From Methylorubrum extorquens (GTDB lineage: Bacteria; Pseudomonadota; Alphaproteobacteria; Rhizobiales; Beijerinckiaceae), in assembly GCA_900234795.1 (NCBI GenBank), contig LT962688.1:1920001-1952000 (forward strand): a DNA stretch of 32,000 nucleotides. The letters run 5' to 3'. Made by a program: the position numbers and the translations under genes. This document shows, in pieces, positions 17,323 through 24,810 of this stretch (the stretch's first letter is position 1; every line of letters begins with the position of its first letter). Under the pieces are notes generated by a model. That model ran no database searches and had not been told where the DNA came from. It saw nothing but the letters and a program-made list of their open reading frames with translations.

Positions 17323-17357
17323 AAATGTAAATAAATTTTACTTACGGTAATTTACAT
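17323..17357. promoter_or_regulatory. AT-rich inverted repeat ATGTAAAT-N17-ATTTACAT upstream of the Crp/Fnr-family gene
   Basis: The 8-nt arms at 17325-17332 and 17350-17357 are perfectly complementary. The spacer itself contains GTAAA/TTTAC-type half sites (gtaaataaattttac, gtaatttac). The repeat lies in the 393-bp gap between 17047 and 17441. Confidence 0.35.
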
Positions 17358-17440
17358 CTCACCGTTGGATGCTGGCGAAATCTACCTTCCGACGACAGGA
17401 CGGAGGTCATTGACTTGACTGTAGAACGCCCCGTTGCCGG

Positions 17441-18517
17441 TCAAAGATCCGCGGCGGCGCGGTAGCCGGGGGTGCGGCTCGCGCGCCGTCTCGCTGCGGC
17501 GACGAGGGCGTCGAGTGCTGGGCTGGCGAGGGAGCGGCTGGCGGCGAGATAATAGGTCTCCCAGCCGACCGAGAGGAAATCGAGGCCGAGCCGGTCGGCC
17601 GCCGCCCGTACACCGAGTCCCGCATCCGCCGCGCCGCAGGCGATGACCGCCGCGACCGCCTGATGGGTGAACTCCTCGACCGTGTAGCCCTGGATCGCGG
17701 CAGCCGGCAGGCCGGCCTGCGCCAGCATGCGGTCGAACCAGTCCCGCGTGCCCGATCCCTTCTGGCGGTTGACGTAGCGCAGGCCGGGCGCGGTCAGGTC
17801 GGCCAGCGTGCGGATGCCGCGCGGGTTGCCGGGGGCCAGCAGCAGGCCCTGCTCGCGCTCGAACAGGGGGTGCAGCACGAGGCCGGCACCGGCATTGATC
17901 GCCGAGAACGGAGCGCCCGCCGCTTCCGGCGCGAGAGCCCCGCAATGGAAGCCCGCCGCATCAGCTCCACCCTCGAGGAGGCGCTGCACCGCCGCACTGC
18001 TGCCCGTCACGGAGAGTTCGACACCCGTCTCTGCACCCGGTTCGCCGCTCATGACCTCGGTCAGGACCTCGACCAGCAACGGATCGTGGCTCGCGGCCAG
18101 TGTCAGTGCTCCGGCCCCGCCGCTCATGAGATGACGCAGGCGATGCTCGACGGCGCGGGTCTCGCGGTCGAGGCTCGCCCCCAAGGCTGCCGAGGCGGCG
18201 GTGAAGGCGTCCGCCAAGGCGGCCCCGAACTCCGTCAGGGCGGTGCCGTGCCCACGTGTCTTGCGCACCAGGGGCCGGCCGAGCGCCGTCTCGTAGGCCT
18301 GGAGGCGCGCCCAGGCCGCGCGATAGGACAGGCCGAGGGCGTCGGCGAAGCCCTGCACCGAGCCGGTCCGCGTGATCGCGTCGAACATCACCGTCAGGTC
18401 GGACACCGTGAGCGCGCTCGCGCCGATCCGAATCGTGCCGCCCAAACCGAGCACGACGGAGATGGCCGCCTCTTCGGAAGCCTTGTTCATATTGATGGCA
18501 TCATAACTGTCGTCCAC
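17441..18517 (-). CDS. Transcriptional regulator: ModE/LysR-type winged HTH fused to a periplasmic-binding-protein-like ligand domain
   Basis: 358 aa. N-terminal GSVQGFADALGLSYRAAWARLQAYETALGRPLV resembles the ModE N-domain HTH. The C-terminal ~220 aa (LRYVNRQKGSGTRDWFDRML...) resemble a PBP-like domain. The start may instead be the ATG at 18490. Confidence 0.7.
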   Translation of the reverse strand: MDDSYDAINMNKASEEAAISVVLGLGGTIRIGASALTVSDLTVMFDAITRTGSVQGFADALGLSYRAAWARLQAYETALGRPLVRKTRGHGTALTEFGAALADAFTAASAALGASLDRETRAVEHRLRHLMSGGAGALTLAASHDPLLVEVLTEVMSGEPGAETGVELSVTGSSAAVQRLLEGGADAAGFHCGALAPEAAGAPFSAINAGAGLVLHPLFEREQGLLLAPGNPRGIRTLADLTAPGLRYVNRQKGSGTRDWFDRMLAQAGLPAAAIQGYTVEEFTHQAVAAVIACGAADAGLGVRAAADRLGLDFLSVGWETYYLAASRSLASPALDALVAAARRRASRTPGYRAAADL

Positions 18518-18631
18518 AACCGGTTTCCCTTATCGGGGCTTGTTTCGGAACGGCGCCGCCACCGGGGCGAACCCGCGGGGCGTTGCACCGGCTCCGTGCT
18601 CGCTCCAAGACGCGCGACCGGCCGACCGCAG

Positions 18632-19360
18632 ATGTCTTCAGACCGCTTTGTTTCCTACCTCCGTCCCGCCCTGTTGGGACAGGGGGCGCCGGAGACCGCC
18701 CTGGCATCGCAGCGGGCCGCGATCGACCGCCACCTCCCAGGGCGAGGCCGGCTCGCAGCCGAGTGCATCGAGCGGGGGCCCGACGATTCTGGTGTGGAGC
18801 GGCCGGCTTTGCGCGAGGCGCTGGCCCTGTGCCGCCGCCGCGGCGCGACGCTTCTCATGGCGGAACTCGGGGCTTCCGGTCAGGATCCGGGCTTCCTGCG
18901 CACTCTGAGCCGTGATCTGCGCCGCCTGGACCTGCACTTCGCCGTCGCCGACAGCCCGGAGATCAGCGAGGCGACCCTCGGCATCATGGCCGCGGTGGCG
19001 GAGGCCGAGGACAGGCTCGGGATGCGCCGCACCCCTGAGACGCTGGCCCGCCGCCAAGCGTTCTACGCGCGCTTCACCGCCGAGCGCCGCGCGCGGGCGC
19101 CGGTCGACAGGGCTGGCCGATCCCTCGCCGACCCACGCCCTCTGGCGGAGAATCTGGGGCGGAGCGAGACCCTGCCGCGGAGCCGGGAGCGGGCGGAGGA
19201 GGTGGCGCCGATCCTCAGCGAGATCCGCGCCGCGGGCGCGCTCACGCTGGAGCAGGTCGCCAACGCCCTCAACGCCTTGGGCATTCCCTCAGCGCGGGGA
19301 AGCCGCTGGTACCCGATGCAGGTGACGCGGATCGAGAAGCGCCTCGCCGGCGTGGGCTGA
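18632..19360 (+). CDS. Serine-recombinase (resolvase) homologue lacking the catalytic motifs
   Basis: The start at ATG 18632 gives 242 aa. The listed 565-aa ORF from 17663 is antisense to the regulator gene. The layout matches small Rhizobiales resolvases, including the C-terminal HTH (LNALGIPSARGSRWYPMQVTRI). The N-terminal motif reads SYLRPALLGQ instead of Y-x-R-V-S-T-x-x-Q. Confidence 0.65.
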   Translation: MSSDRFVSYLRPALLGQGAPETALASQRAAIDRHLPGRGRLAAECIERGPDDSGVERPALREALALCRRRGATLLMAELGASGQDPGFLRTLSRDLRRLDLHFAVADSPEISEATLGIMAAVAEAEDRLGMRRTPETLARRQAFYARFTAERRARAPVDRAGRSLADPRPLAENLGRSETLPRSRERAEEVAPILSEIRAAGALTLEQVANALNALGIPSARGSRWYPMQVTRIEKRLAGVG

Positions 19361-19515
19361 TCGGTGCCGATCACTGTGTTGAAGCGAACCGAGACGCAGC
19401 GGGTCCGGCCGGCGTCGCTTGCGCGCGCCTCCTTACCCCTGCGGATCACCGAGGCCGGATAGACTCCGGACTCGACGGAGGTGCCGCCGAGTGATCGCGA
19501 CCGTAGCAGGCGTGG

Positions 19516-20793
19516 TCATGGCAGGGCGATCCGCCGGACGATCCGGGCCACGATGGCGGGATCGAGGTCAGGATAGATCGGCAGGCACAGCACCCGGTCG
19601 GCCGCTAGGGCTGCCACGGGCAGATCCTCCCGCCGGGCGCTCGGCAGCGTCCGGTACATCGGGTGGTCGGAGATCAGGGGATGGAAGTAGCGCCGCGGAT
19701 GGATGCCGTCGCGCTTGAGCGCGTCGTAGAGCGCGTCGCGGCCGATCGGGTAATCGGGGCCGACCAGGATCGGGAAATAGGCGTAGTTGGCCGCGCCCTC
19801 CCCGGCGAAGTCCAGGCAGCGAATGCCGGGAATGCCCTGCAATCCCTGCCGGTAGGCCGCGTCGATCGCCTGCCGCCGCGCCAGCACCGTGCCGATGTGC
19901 CGAAGCTGGACGAGGCCGAGCGCGGCATTCAGCTCGCTCATCTTCCCGTTCAGGCCCGTTTCGATCACCGACGTCTCGTCTTCGAAGCCGAAGTTTTTGA
20001 GCTTATCGATCCGGTCCTTCATCGCCGGATCGGCGCAGACGATGGCGCCGCCCTCGAAGGTGTTGAACACCTTGGTGGCGTGGAAGCTCAGGACCGACAG
20101 GTTGCCGTGGTTCAGCACGCTTTGTCCGCGGTGGCGCACGCCGAAGGCGTGGGCGGCGTCGTAGATCACCTTGAGCCCGTGCCGGGCGGCGATGCCCGCG
20201 ATCGCCTCGACGTCGCAGGGCTGACCGTAGCAATGGACCGGCAGGATCGCGCTGGTCCGCGGGGTGATCGCGGCTTCGATCCGGGCGGGATCGAGGTTGA
20301 GGGTCACCGGGTCGATGTCGACGAAGACGGGGGTGAGCCCGCTCCAGAGCAGGGCGTGCGAGGTCGCGACGAAGGAATAGGGTGTCGTGATCACCTCGCC
20401 CGTGAGGTCGAGCGCCCGCAGGGCCATGATCAGCGCGGTCGTCGCGTTGTTGAACAGGGCGACCTGCGGCACGCCGAGATGGTCGCTCAGGCGTGCTTCC
20501 AGCTCCTGGTGGAATGGACCGCCATTGGTCAGGACCCGCGTCTGCCAGATCTGCCGCAGCAGCGGCTCGAATTCCTCAAGCGGCGGCAGGAACGGTCGGG
20601 TGACGTAGATCGGATCGGCCGCGCCCTCTGTCTCCGAGGCCGCCTGAGGAATGATCTCTGGGGTGGTGTCGAGGGTCCGTGCAAATTCCTGCTCCAGCCG
20701 GCGCAGGGTCGCCTGCACAGGAAGCTCACCCCGAGCAGCGGGCGACGGGAGGCTGTCTGCCTCGGGTGTCGGATCAAGCGGCGCAGCTCGCAT
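19516..20793 (-). CDS. DegT/DnrJ/EryC1/StrS-family PLP-dependent (sugar) aminotransferase
   Basis: The family-typical core begins at YVTRPFLPPLEEFEPLLRQIW. The PLP-lysine region is SFHATKVFNTFEGGAIV. About 55 N-terminal residues precede the usual family start, so the true start codon is uncertain. Confidence 0.85.
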   Translation of the reverse strand: MRAAPLDPTPEADSLPSPAARGELPVQATLRRLEQEFARTLDTTPEIIPQAASETEGAADPIYVTRPFLPPLEEFEPLLRQIWQTRVLTNGGPFHQELEARLSDHLGVPQVALFNNATTALIMALRALDLTGEVITTPYSFVATSHALLWSGLTPVFVDIDPVTLNLDPARIEAAITPRTSAILPVHCYGQPCDVEAIAGIAARHGLKVIYDAAHAFGVRHRGQSVLNHGNLSVLSFHATKVFNTFEGGAIVCADPAMKDRIDKLKNFGFEDETSVIETGLNGKMSELNAALGLVQLRHIGTVLARRQAIDAAYRQGLQGIPGIRCLDFAGEGAANYAYFPILVGPDYPIGRDALYDALKRDGIHPRRYFHPLISDHPMYRTLPSARREDLPVAALAADRVLCLPIYPDLDPAIVARIVRRIALP

Positions 20794-21021
20794 CGATCCA
20801 GCGCCTCCCCACCGCGCGGAAGGCGTCAGCGACCTCTCCGGTCAAGCGGCCGGAAGCCCGGTGGGTCGCGGCCTTGGCGAGGGAACGCTCGACCGCGCGC
20901 GTTCTACGATGTTCGAGCATGCCCGGCCTTCCTGCGCCAGCCGGATGTTAGGAAATGTTTGGCTAACAGATCGTTAACGCTGCGGCTGCGGCTGCGTCAT
21001 ACGACAGGCCTGAAACGACGA

Positions 21022-21041
21022 AAGCCGCCTTGCGGCGGCTT
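21022..21041. terminator. Bidirectional rho-independent-type hairpin
   Basis: AAGCCGCC-ttgc-GGCGGCTT is followed by TTTCG on the plus strand and by TTTCGTCGTTTC on the minus strand. It lies about 30 nt downstream of the tRNA-Gly 3' end. Confidence 0.6.
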
Positions 21042-21071
21042 TTCGTAGGTCGGTCAGTTTTTTGAAGAAAC

Positions 21072-21121
21072 TGGAGCGGGCGAAGGGATTCGAACCCTCG
21101 ACCCCAACCTTGGCAAGGCTT
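21072..21121 (-). tRNA. tRNA-Gly(GCC) 3' half only (anticodon arm to CCA); putative att core of an integrated element
   Basis: The minus strand reads AAGCC-TTGCCAA-GGTTG-GGGTC-GAGGG-TTCGAAT-CCCTT-CGCCCGC-T-CCA. This gives the anticodon loop with GCC, the variable loop, the T arm, the 3' acceptor strand and CCA. The 25 nt further 5' (AGGGGCGATCGGGCAGGGGGCA) cannot form a D arm or a matching acceptor strand. Confidence 0.6.
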
Positions 21122-21232
21122 TGCCCCCTGCCCGATCGCCCCTCTGCGCCGGGCCTCGCCCCATGCATCCCCGTTGAAACCCGTTGGATTTCGTCGCCGC
21201 CCGTCGTCGCCCAACCGGGCCCGTTCGTCGAG

Positions 21233-21511
21233 TTACGGGACCGTTCCGGGGCCGGCCTCGAAACGCCCGCACGGCCGGGTCGTCGGTCGGGCGACGAGGA
21301 GCTCGCGTCGGTAGGCGAGGCACAGGTCCGCGACCGCGACCTGTCCGGTGTGCCGGGTCGCGGGGCCCGGGCCCTCGACGCGGGCGTGGTGGCGGCAGGT
21401 CGGGCAGCGGCCTGCGGGATCCTCGCGTCGGAAGCCGCGGACGTCATCGGGGACGGCGACGGGGCGTGTCCCCGAGAGGGAGGTGAGGCCGAGGTAGGCG
21501 TTGCCGGGCAT
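21233..21511 (-). CDS. Hypothetical small protein (92 aa, CPTC-containing) between integrase and att remnant
   Basis: AGGAG lies 7 nt upstream of the ATG. GC3 bias is very strong. It starts 52 nt after the integrase stop. No family recognised. Confidence 0.5.
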   Translation of the reverse strand: MPGNAYLGLTSLSGTRPVAVPDDVRGFRREDPAGRCPTCRHHARVEGPGPATRHTGQVAVADLCLAYRRELLVARPTTRPCGRFEAGPGTVP

Positions 21512-21563
21512 GGCGATCTCCTGTTGATCACCATCATTCGCGCGACCGACCCGGATCTCGACA

Positions 21564-22976
21564 TCACGCCGCGGCGGCGGCCCGCTGGTACTCGCTGCTC
21601 GTGTGGCCGTAGCGCTTGAGCACCATGGCGAGGCTCATGCCCAGGTACTCGCCGACCTCGACCGGCGGCACGCCGGCGCGGAGCATCAGCGTCGCCCGCG
21701 TGTGCCGGAGGATGTGCGGGGTCGGCCAGCCGAGCTCATCCGCCTCGCCGCCCTCCTCCTCGTCCGGCAGGTAGCCCTCGTCCTCCTCCGGGAGCTCGGT
21801 CTCCAGGCCGGCGGCGAGATCGGCGACGCGGTACGTCCCGTCGATGTCCCGGCGGTCGAGCCCCGCCCGGATCGCGGCGAGGCGGAAGCCCTTCGACACC
21901 CGCTTCGCCGCCGCGCCGTTCCGGTGCACCACCCGCGAGATCCCCGCCTTCAGGTCGGCGTCGCGCCACGCCTGGAGATGGGGCAGCAGCCGGTCGTGGA
22001 TCCGGCACGGCGGCTGACGCTTGCGGCTCTCCTCGGCTTCGGGCCCCTCGCGGAACAGCGTCGTCGTCGTGAAGTCGATGAACCCCGCGGTGCGGTGCCG
22101 GCGCCAACGCAGGTTCAGCACCGCGGCCGAGCGGGTGCCCGAGTAGAACCCGACGAGCAGGAACCGGGGGAGCAGCTCGTTCGGCTCCGTGCGCAGGCCC
22201 TCGATCCGCTCCCAGATCGGCTCGCGCGTGGCCAGGTCGGAGGCGATCCAGCGGTAGCCCTCGGCCGCCTTCAGCAGGCGCTCGAACTCGCGCTCGGTCA
22301 GCCAGTCCGGGTGCCCCTTGGCCTCGGCGGGCTTCACCACCTTCGGCACCGAGGCCAGGTTGAATTCCGCGTGCCAGGCGTTGATCGCGGCCGACAGCGT
22401 GACGAGCTCGCGCCGGATCGTCGACGGGACAGGGAGCTTCTCCCGCTTCCAGCCGGGCCGGCTGTAGGGCTCGGCGAGCCGGTCCTTGGCGTAGGCCCGG
22501 CAGACGTCGCCCCGGACCTGGGCGAGCGTCAGCCCCTTCATGTGCCGCAGGAGGTGGGCCATGTGCTGCCCGGTGTTCTGGGCGTTGCGGGTCCCGGCCA
22601 TGCGAGCGCCGTAGAACGTCAGCACGGCGGCGACGGTGACGAGGCGCGGGTTCGAGTTCGCTGGGTCGTCGTGGCTCGGGGCGGCCGCGAGGCGCTCCCG
22701 CTCTAGCCTGCCTTGCTCGGCGATGTGGAGGGCGAGCTCCTCTTGAGCCGCGCCGCGAGCCTCACGGCCGTGTCGTGTTCGGCGCTTGTACCGCCTGCCG
22801 TCGATGAAGTCCGCGATGGCCCAGACGCCTCGGACGTCGTCCCAGACGAGGCGGGCAGGTTGCTTGGGTCGAGCCACGAGTTTCTCCAATCGCGCAGGTA
22901 TTGACGTGTCGTGTAGATCGCGTGTCCGGGCTGCATCGATTTCAATCGGTGCGGCGGGCGGCACGCGTCGCGGCAC
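21564..22976 (-). CDS. Tyrosine-type site-specific integrase
   Basis: The C-terminal catalytic region HILRHTRATLMLRAGVPPVEVGEYLGMSLAMVLKRYGH carries the H-x-x-R and Tyr motifs. The N-terminal ARLVWDDVRGVWAIADFIDGRRYKRRT resembles Rhizobiales phage-type integrases. The first ~33 codons use rare codons and overlap the upstream ORF, so GTG at 22877 is a plausible true start. Confidence 0.9.
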   Translation of the reverse strand: MPRRVPPAAPIEIDAARTRDLHDTSIPARLEKLVARPKQPARLVWDDVRGVWAIADFIDGRRYKRRTRHGREARGAAQEELALHIAEQGRLERERLAAAPSHDDPANSNPRLVTVAAVLTFYGARMAGTRNAQNTGQHMAHLLRHMKGLTLAQVRGDVCRAYAKDRLAEPYSRPGWKREKLPVPSTIRRELVTLSAAINAWHAEFNLASVPKVVKPAEAKGHPDWLTEREFERLLKAAEGYRWIASDLATREPIWERIEGLRTEPNELLPRFLLVGFYSGTRSAAVLNLRWRRHRTAGFIDFTTTTLFREGPEAEESRKRQPPCRIHDRLLPHLQAWRDADLKAGISRVVHRNGAAAKRVSKGFRLAAIRAGLDRRDIDGTYRVADLAAGLETELPEEDEGYLPDEEEGGEADELGWPTPHILRHTRATLMLRAGVPPVEVGEYLGMSLAMVLKRYGHTSSEYQRAAAAA

Positions 22977-23142
22977 GCAGCTGAGCGACGGAGAACGTGG
23001 GGAAGCCGAGGGGGTCCTGGACCTCGGGAGCCCACGCGGCGACTTCGAGCGTCAGGAGGGTGTCCTCCTTGGCGCTCTTGAGCAGGGACCACGCCCCTTC
23101 GGACGGATCCCACTTCGCGGCGATGAGCTGATATTCTGGCAT
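22942..23142 (-). CDS. Hypothetical 66-aa protein upstream of integrase (candidate recombination directionality factor or regulator)
   Basis: The ATG at 23142 is preceded by GAGGAGAG. Good GC3 bias (MPEYQLIAAKWDPSEGAWSLLKSAKEDTLLTLEV...). Its end overlaps the annotated integrase ORF start. No family recognised. Confidence 0.45.
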   Translation of the reverse strand: MPEYQLIAAKWDPSEGAWSLLKSAKEDTLLTLEVAAWAPEVQDPLGFPTFSVAQLRAATRAARRTD

Positions 23143-23411
23143 GACGGGATTCTCTCCTCTGCGACGGATTACTGCAAGCGCAAAGCAGACCTGAGGGTAA
23201 ACGGAAGATCGCCAGATCCGCCTGGGCGCAACCCCCAAGTCCAGGGAAATCTCAATGCTGATCGCGAGATGGCCTTGGGCCGGAAATCTTCGTGGTGCAG
23301 GATGGCCCCATGACGCACGCCCCCTCGAAACGCGCCCCCCGCTTGGCCTGAGCCAGCCACCCCGTCCGGAAAGCCGGACGGCCCGCGCGTTCCGTTCGAG
23401 GGGCCCTGCCC

Positions 23412-23990
23412 GTGACCACCTACCTGACCAGCGACACCCATTTCGGGCATCTCGGGATGATGTCCGACCGCATGGCTCAGCCGCGGCCCTTCGCCTCCCG
23501 CGAGGAGCACGACGAGACCCTCGTCGGCCTCTGGAATAATCGTGTACGTCGAGACGACACGGTGATCCATCTGGGCGATTTTGCCTACGGATGCAGTCTA
23601 TCCCATGCCCGAGCCGTGTTCTCGCGCCTGAACGGAAAGAAGTTCCTGATCCGTGGCAATCACGAGCAGAGGGGCGAGCGGCTGGACTGGGCCGGGCCTA
23701 TCCGGGACGTGGCTCGGGTGTCCGTGCAGGACAGCGGGATGCGGCGCCCGGTCGACCTGTGGCTCAGCCATTTCGCGCACCTATCATGGCCAGACGCCCA
23801 CCGGGGGCGCATCCATCTCTACGGGCACAGCCACGGCTCGATCCCGCCGACGGCCCGGTCCTGCGACGTCGGCGTCGACGCGTGGGCCTTCCGACCGGTG
23901 ACCGTGCCGGAGATCCTGGAGCTGCTCGCGGACGTCGCCCGGCGCGAGGGCGGCCCGGCCGCGGCGGCCGCCCTCGCTGAGGCGGCCTGA
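23412..23990 (+). CDS. Metallophosphoesterase (calcineurin-like, small phage-associated type)
   Basis: 192 aa with a GTG start. The motifs occur in canonical order: SDTHFGH, HLGDF, RGNHE, GHSHG. Confidence 0.85.
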   Translation: MTTYLTSDTHFGHLGMMSDRMAQPRPFASREEHDETLVGLWNNRVRRDDTVIHLGDFAYGCSLSHARAVFSRLNGKKFLIRGNHEQRGERLDWAGPIRDVARVSVQDSGMRRPVDLWLSHFAHLSWPDAHRGRIHLYGHSHGSIPPTARSCDVGVDAWAFRPVTVPEILELLADVARREGGPAAAAALAEAA

Positions 23991-24000
23991 CGCCCAGGAT

Positions 24001-24495
24001 CTAGCCCGGGGCCAGGGCGGCGAGAGCGTCGATATCCCCGGCCTCGACCGGGCGCCGGCGGGGCCGCCGCCTCCGATACGTCCCGACGAGGAGGTCGCCG
24101 ACGTGCCCGAACGCCGAGTCCTCGTATGCGCCTCGCACGCCGACGACGAGCTCGGGTGTCACGACGAGCATGCGGTCGGTGTACTCCATGGCAACCCGCT
24201 CGGGCCTCGCGGAGACGAGCGCGCCGTGCAGGAAATGATCGTCAAGGCGCAGCACGAGGGCGCAGTGCTCGACCATGCCGGGCATCCGGACGCGCCACCC
24301 CCGGAGCAGTGCGGGGCCGCAGACGCCGCCGGCGGGGCGGAGGACGGCAGCCCGCCCCGCTTTCGTGAGGGGAGCCGATTGCCAGACGGGGTCGGTGGCG
24401 AGGTCGCGGGCGTCGGCGATCCGGCTTGTTTCGACGACGATGGTCAGGTCACGCGCCGGCCAGTGCGGCGTGATTGTGCGTCTGGTCCAGGGCAT
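24001..24495 (-). CDS. Hypothetical protein (164 aa), last gene of a four-gene cassette
   Basis: GC3-biased ORF. Its start is 3 nt after the stop of the upstream ORF. No recognisable motifs. Confidence 0.55.
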   Translation of the reverse strand: MPWTRRTITPHWPARDLTIVVETSRIADARDLATDPVWQSAPLTKAGRAAVLRPAGGVCGPALLRGWRVRMPGMVEHCALVLRLDDHFLHGALVSARPERVAMEYTDRMLVVTPELVVGVRGAYEDSAFGHVGDLLVGTYRRRRPRRRPVEAGDIDALAALAPG

Positions 24496-24498
24496 CGT

Positions 24499-24810
24499 CT
24501 ACTCCCCCCTCCTGATGCGCTCGGCGAGGTGACGAGCGTCCGACGCCTGGAACGACAGCTCGTCGGCACGCTCGGCGAGGAGATGCGCGACGACCGGCCA
24601 GACCCAGTCCGGGATCGGGCGGGCTTGCCGGTTGGGCCAGCCGTTCTCCGTCAGCGGCTCGGCGAACCACCTGAAGGGCAGGCGCGGGTCCAGCGTCTTG
24701 CGGGGCCCGTCCGGGTGATGGGGCCCGAGAAGCTTGGCCAGCGGCCGCTTGAACTCGGGGCCGAGGAGGAGGCGCGCGGCCTCCTCCAGGGCGTGGCGGT
24801 CGCGGGCCAT
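24499..24810 (-). CDS. Hypothetical protein (103 aa), third gene of the cassette
   Basis: Its ATG overlaps the upstream TGA (TGATG, sharing nt 24810). Trp/Pro-rich (PIPDWVWPVVAHLL). No family recognised. Confidence 0.55.
   Translation of the reverse strand: MARDRHALEEAARLLLGPEFKRPLAKLLGPHHPDGPRKTLDPRLPFRWFAEPLTENGWPNRQARPIPDWVWPVVAHLLAERADELSFQASDARHLAERIRRGE

Noticed and set aside
17663-19360. 565-aa ORF spanning the regulator-recombinase intergenic region
   Set aside because: Its first 323 codons are antisense to the ModE-HTH/PBP regulator gene. Recombinase similarity begins only at the ATG at 18632.
21072-21146. Complete 75-nt tRNA-Gly
   Set aside because: Only 15 nt are available between a poor 5' acceptor candidate (AGGGGCG, 5 of 7 pairs) and the anticodon stem. 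No D-arm consensus (A14, G18-G19, A21 context) can be formed, so I call it a 3' fragment. tRNAscan-SE should confirm.
20963-21619. ORFs 20963..21214, 20974..21567, 21054..21323 (minus strand) and 21062..21619, 21184..21486 (plus strand)
   Set aside because: They run across the tRNA remnant and terminator or overlap the better-supported 21233..21511 ORF (ribosome-binding site, GC3). Their composition is Arg/Pro/Gly-rich.
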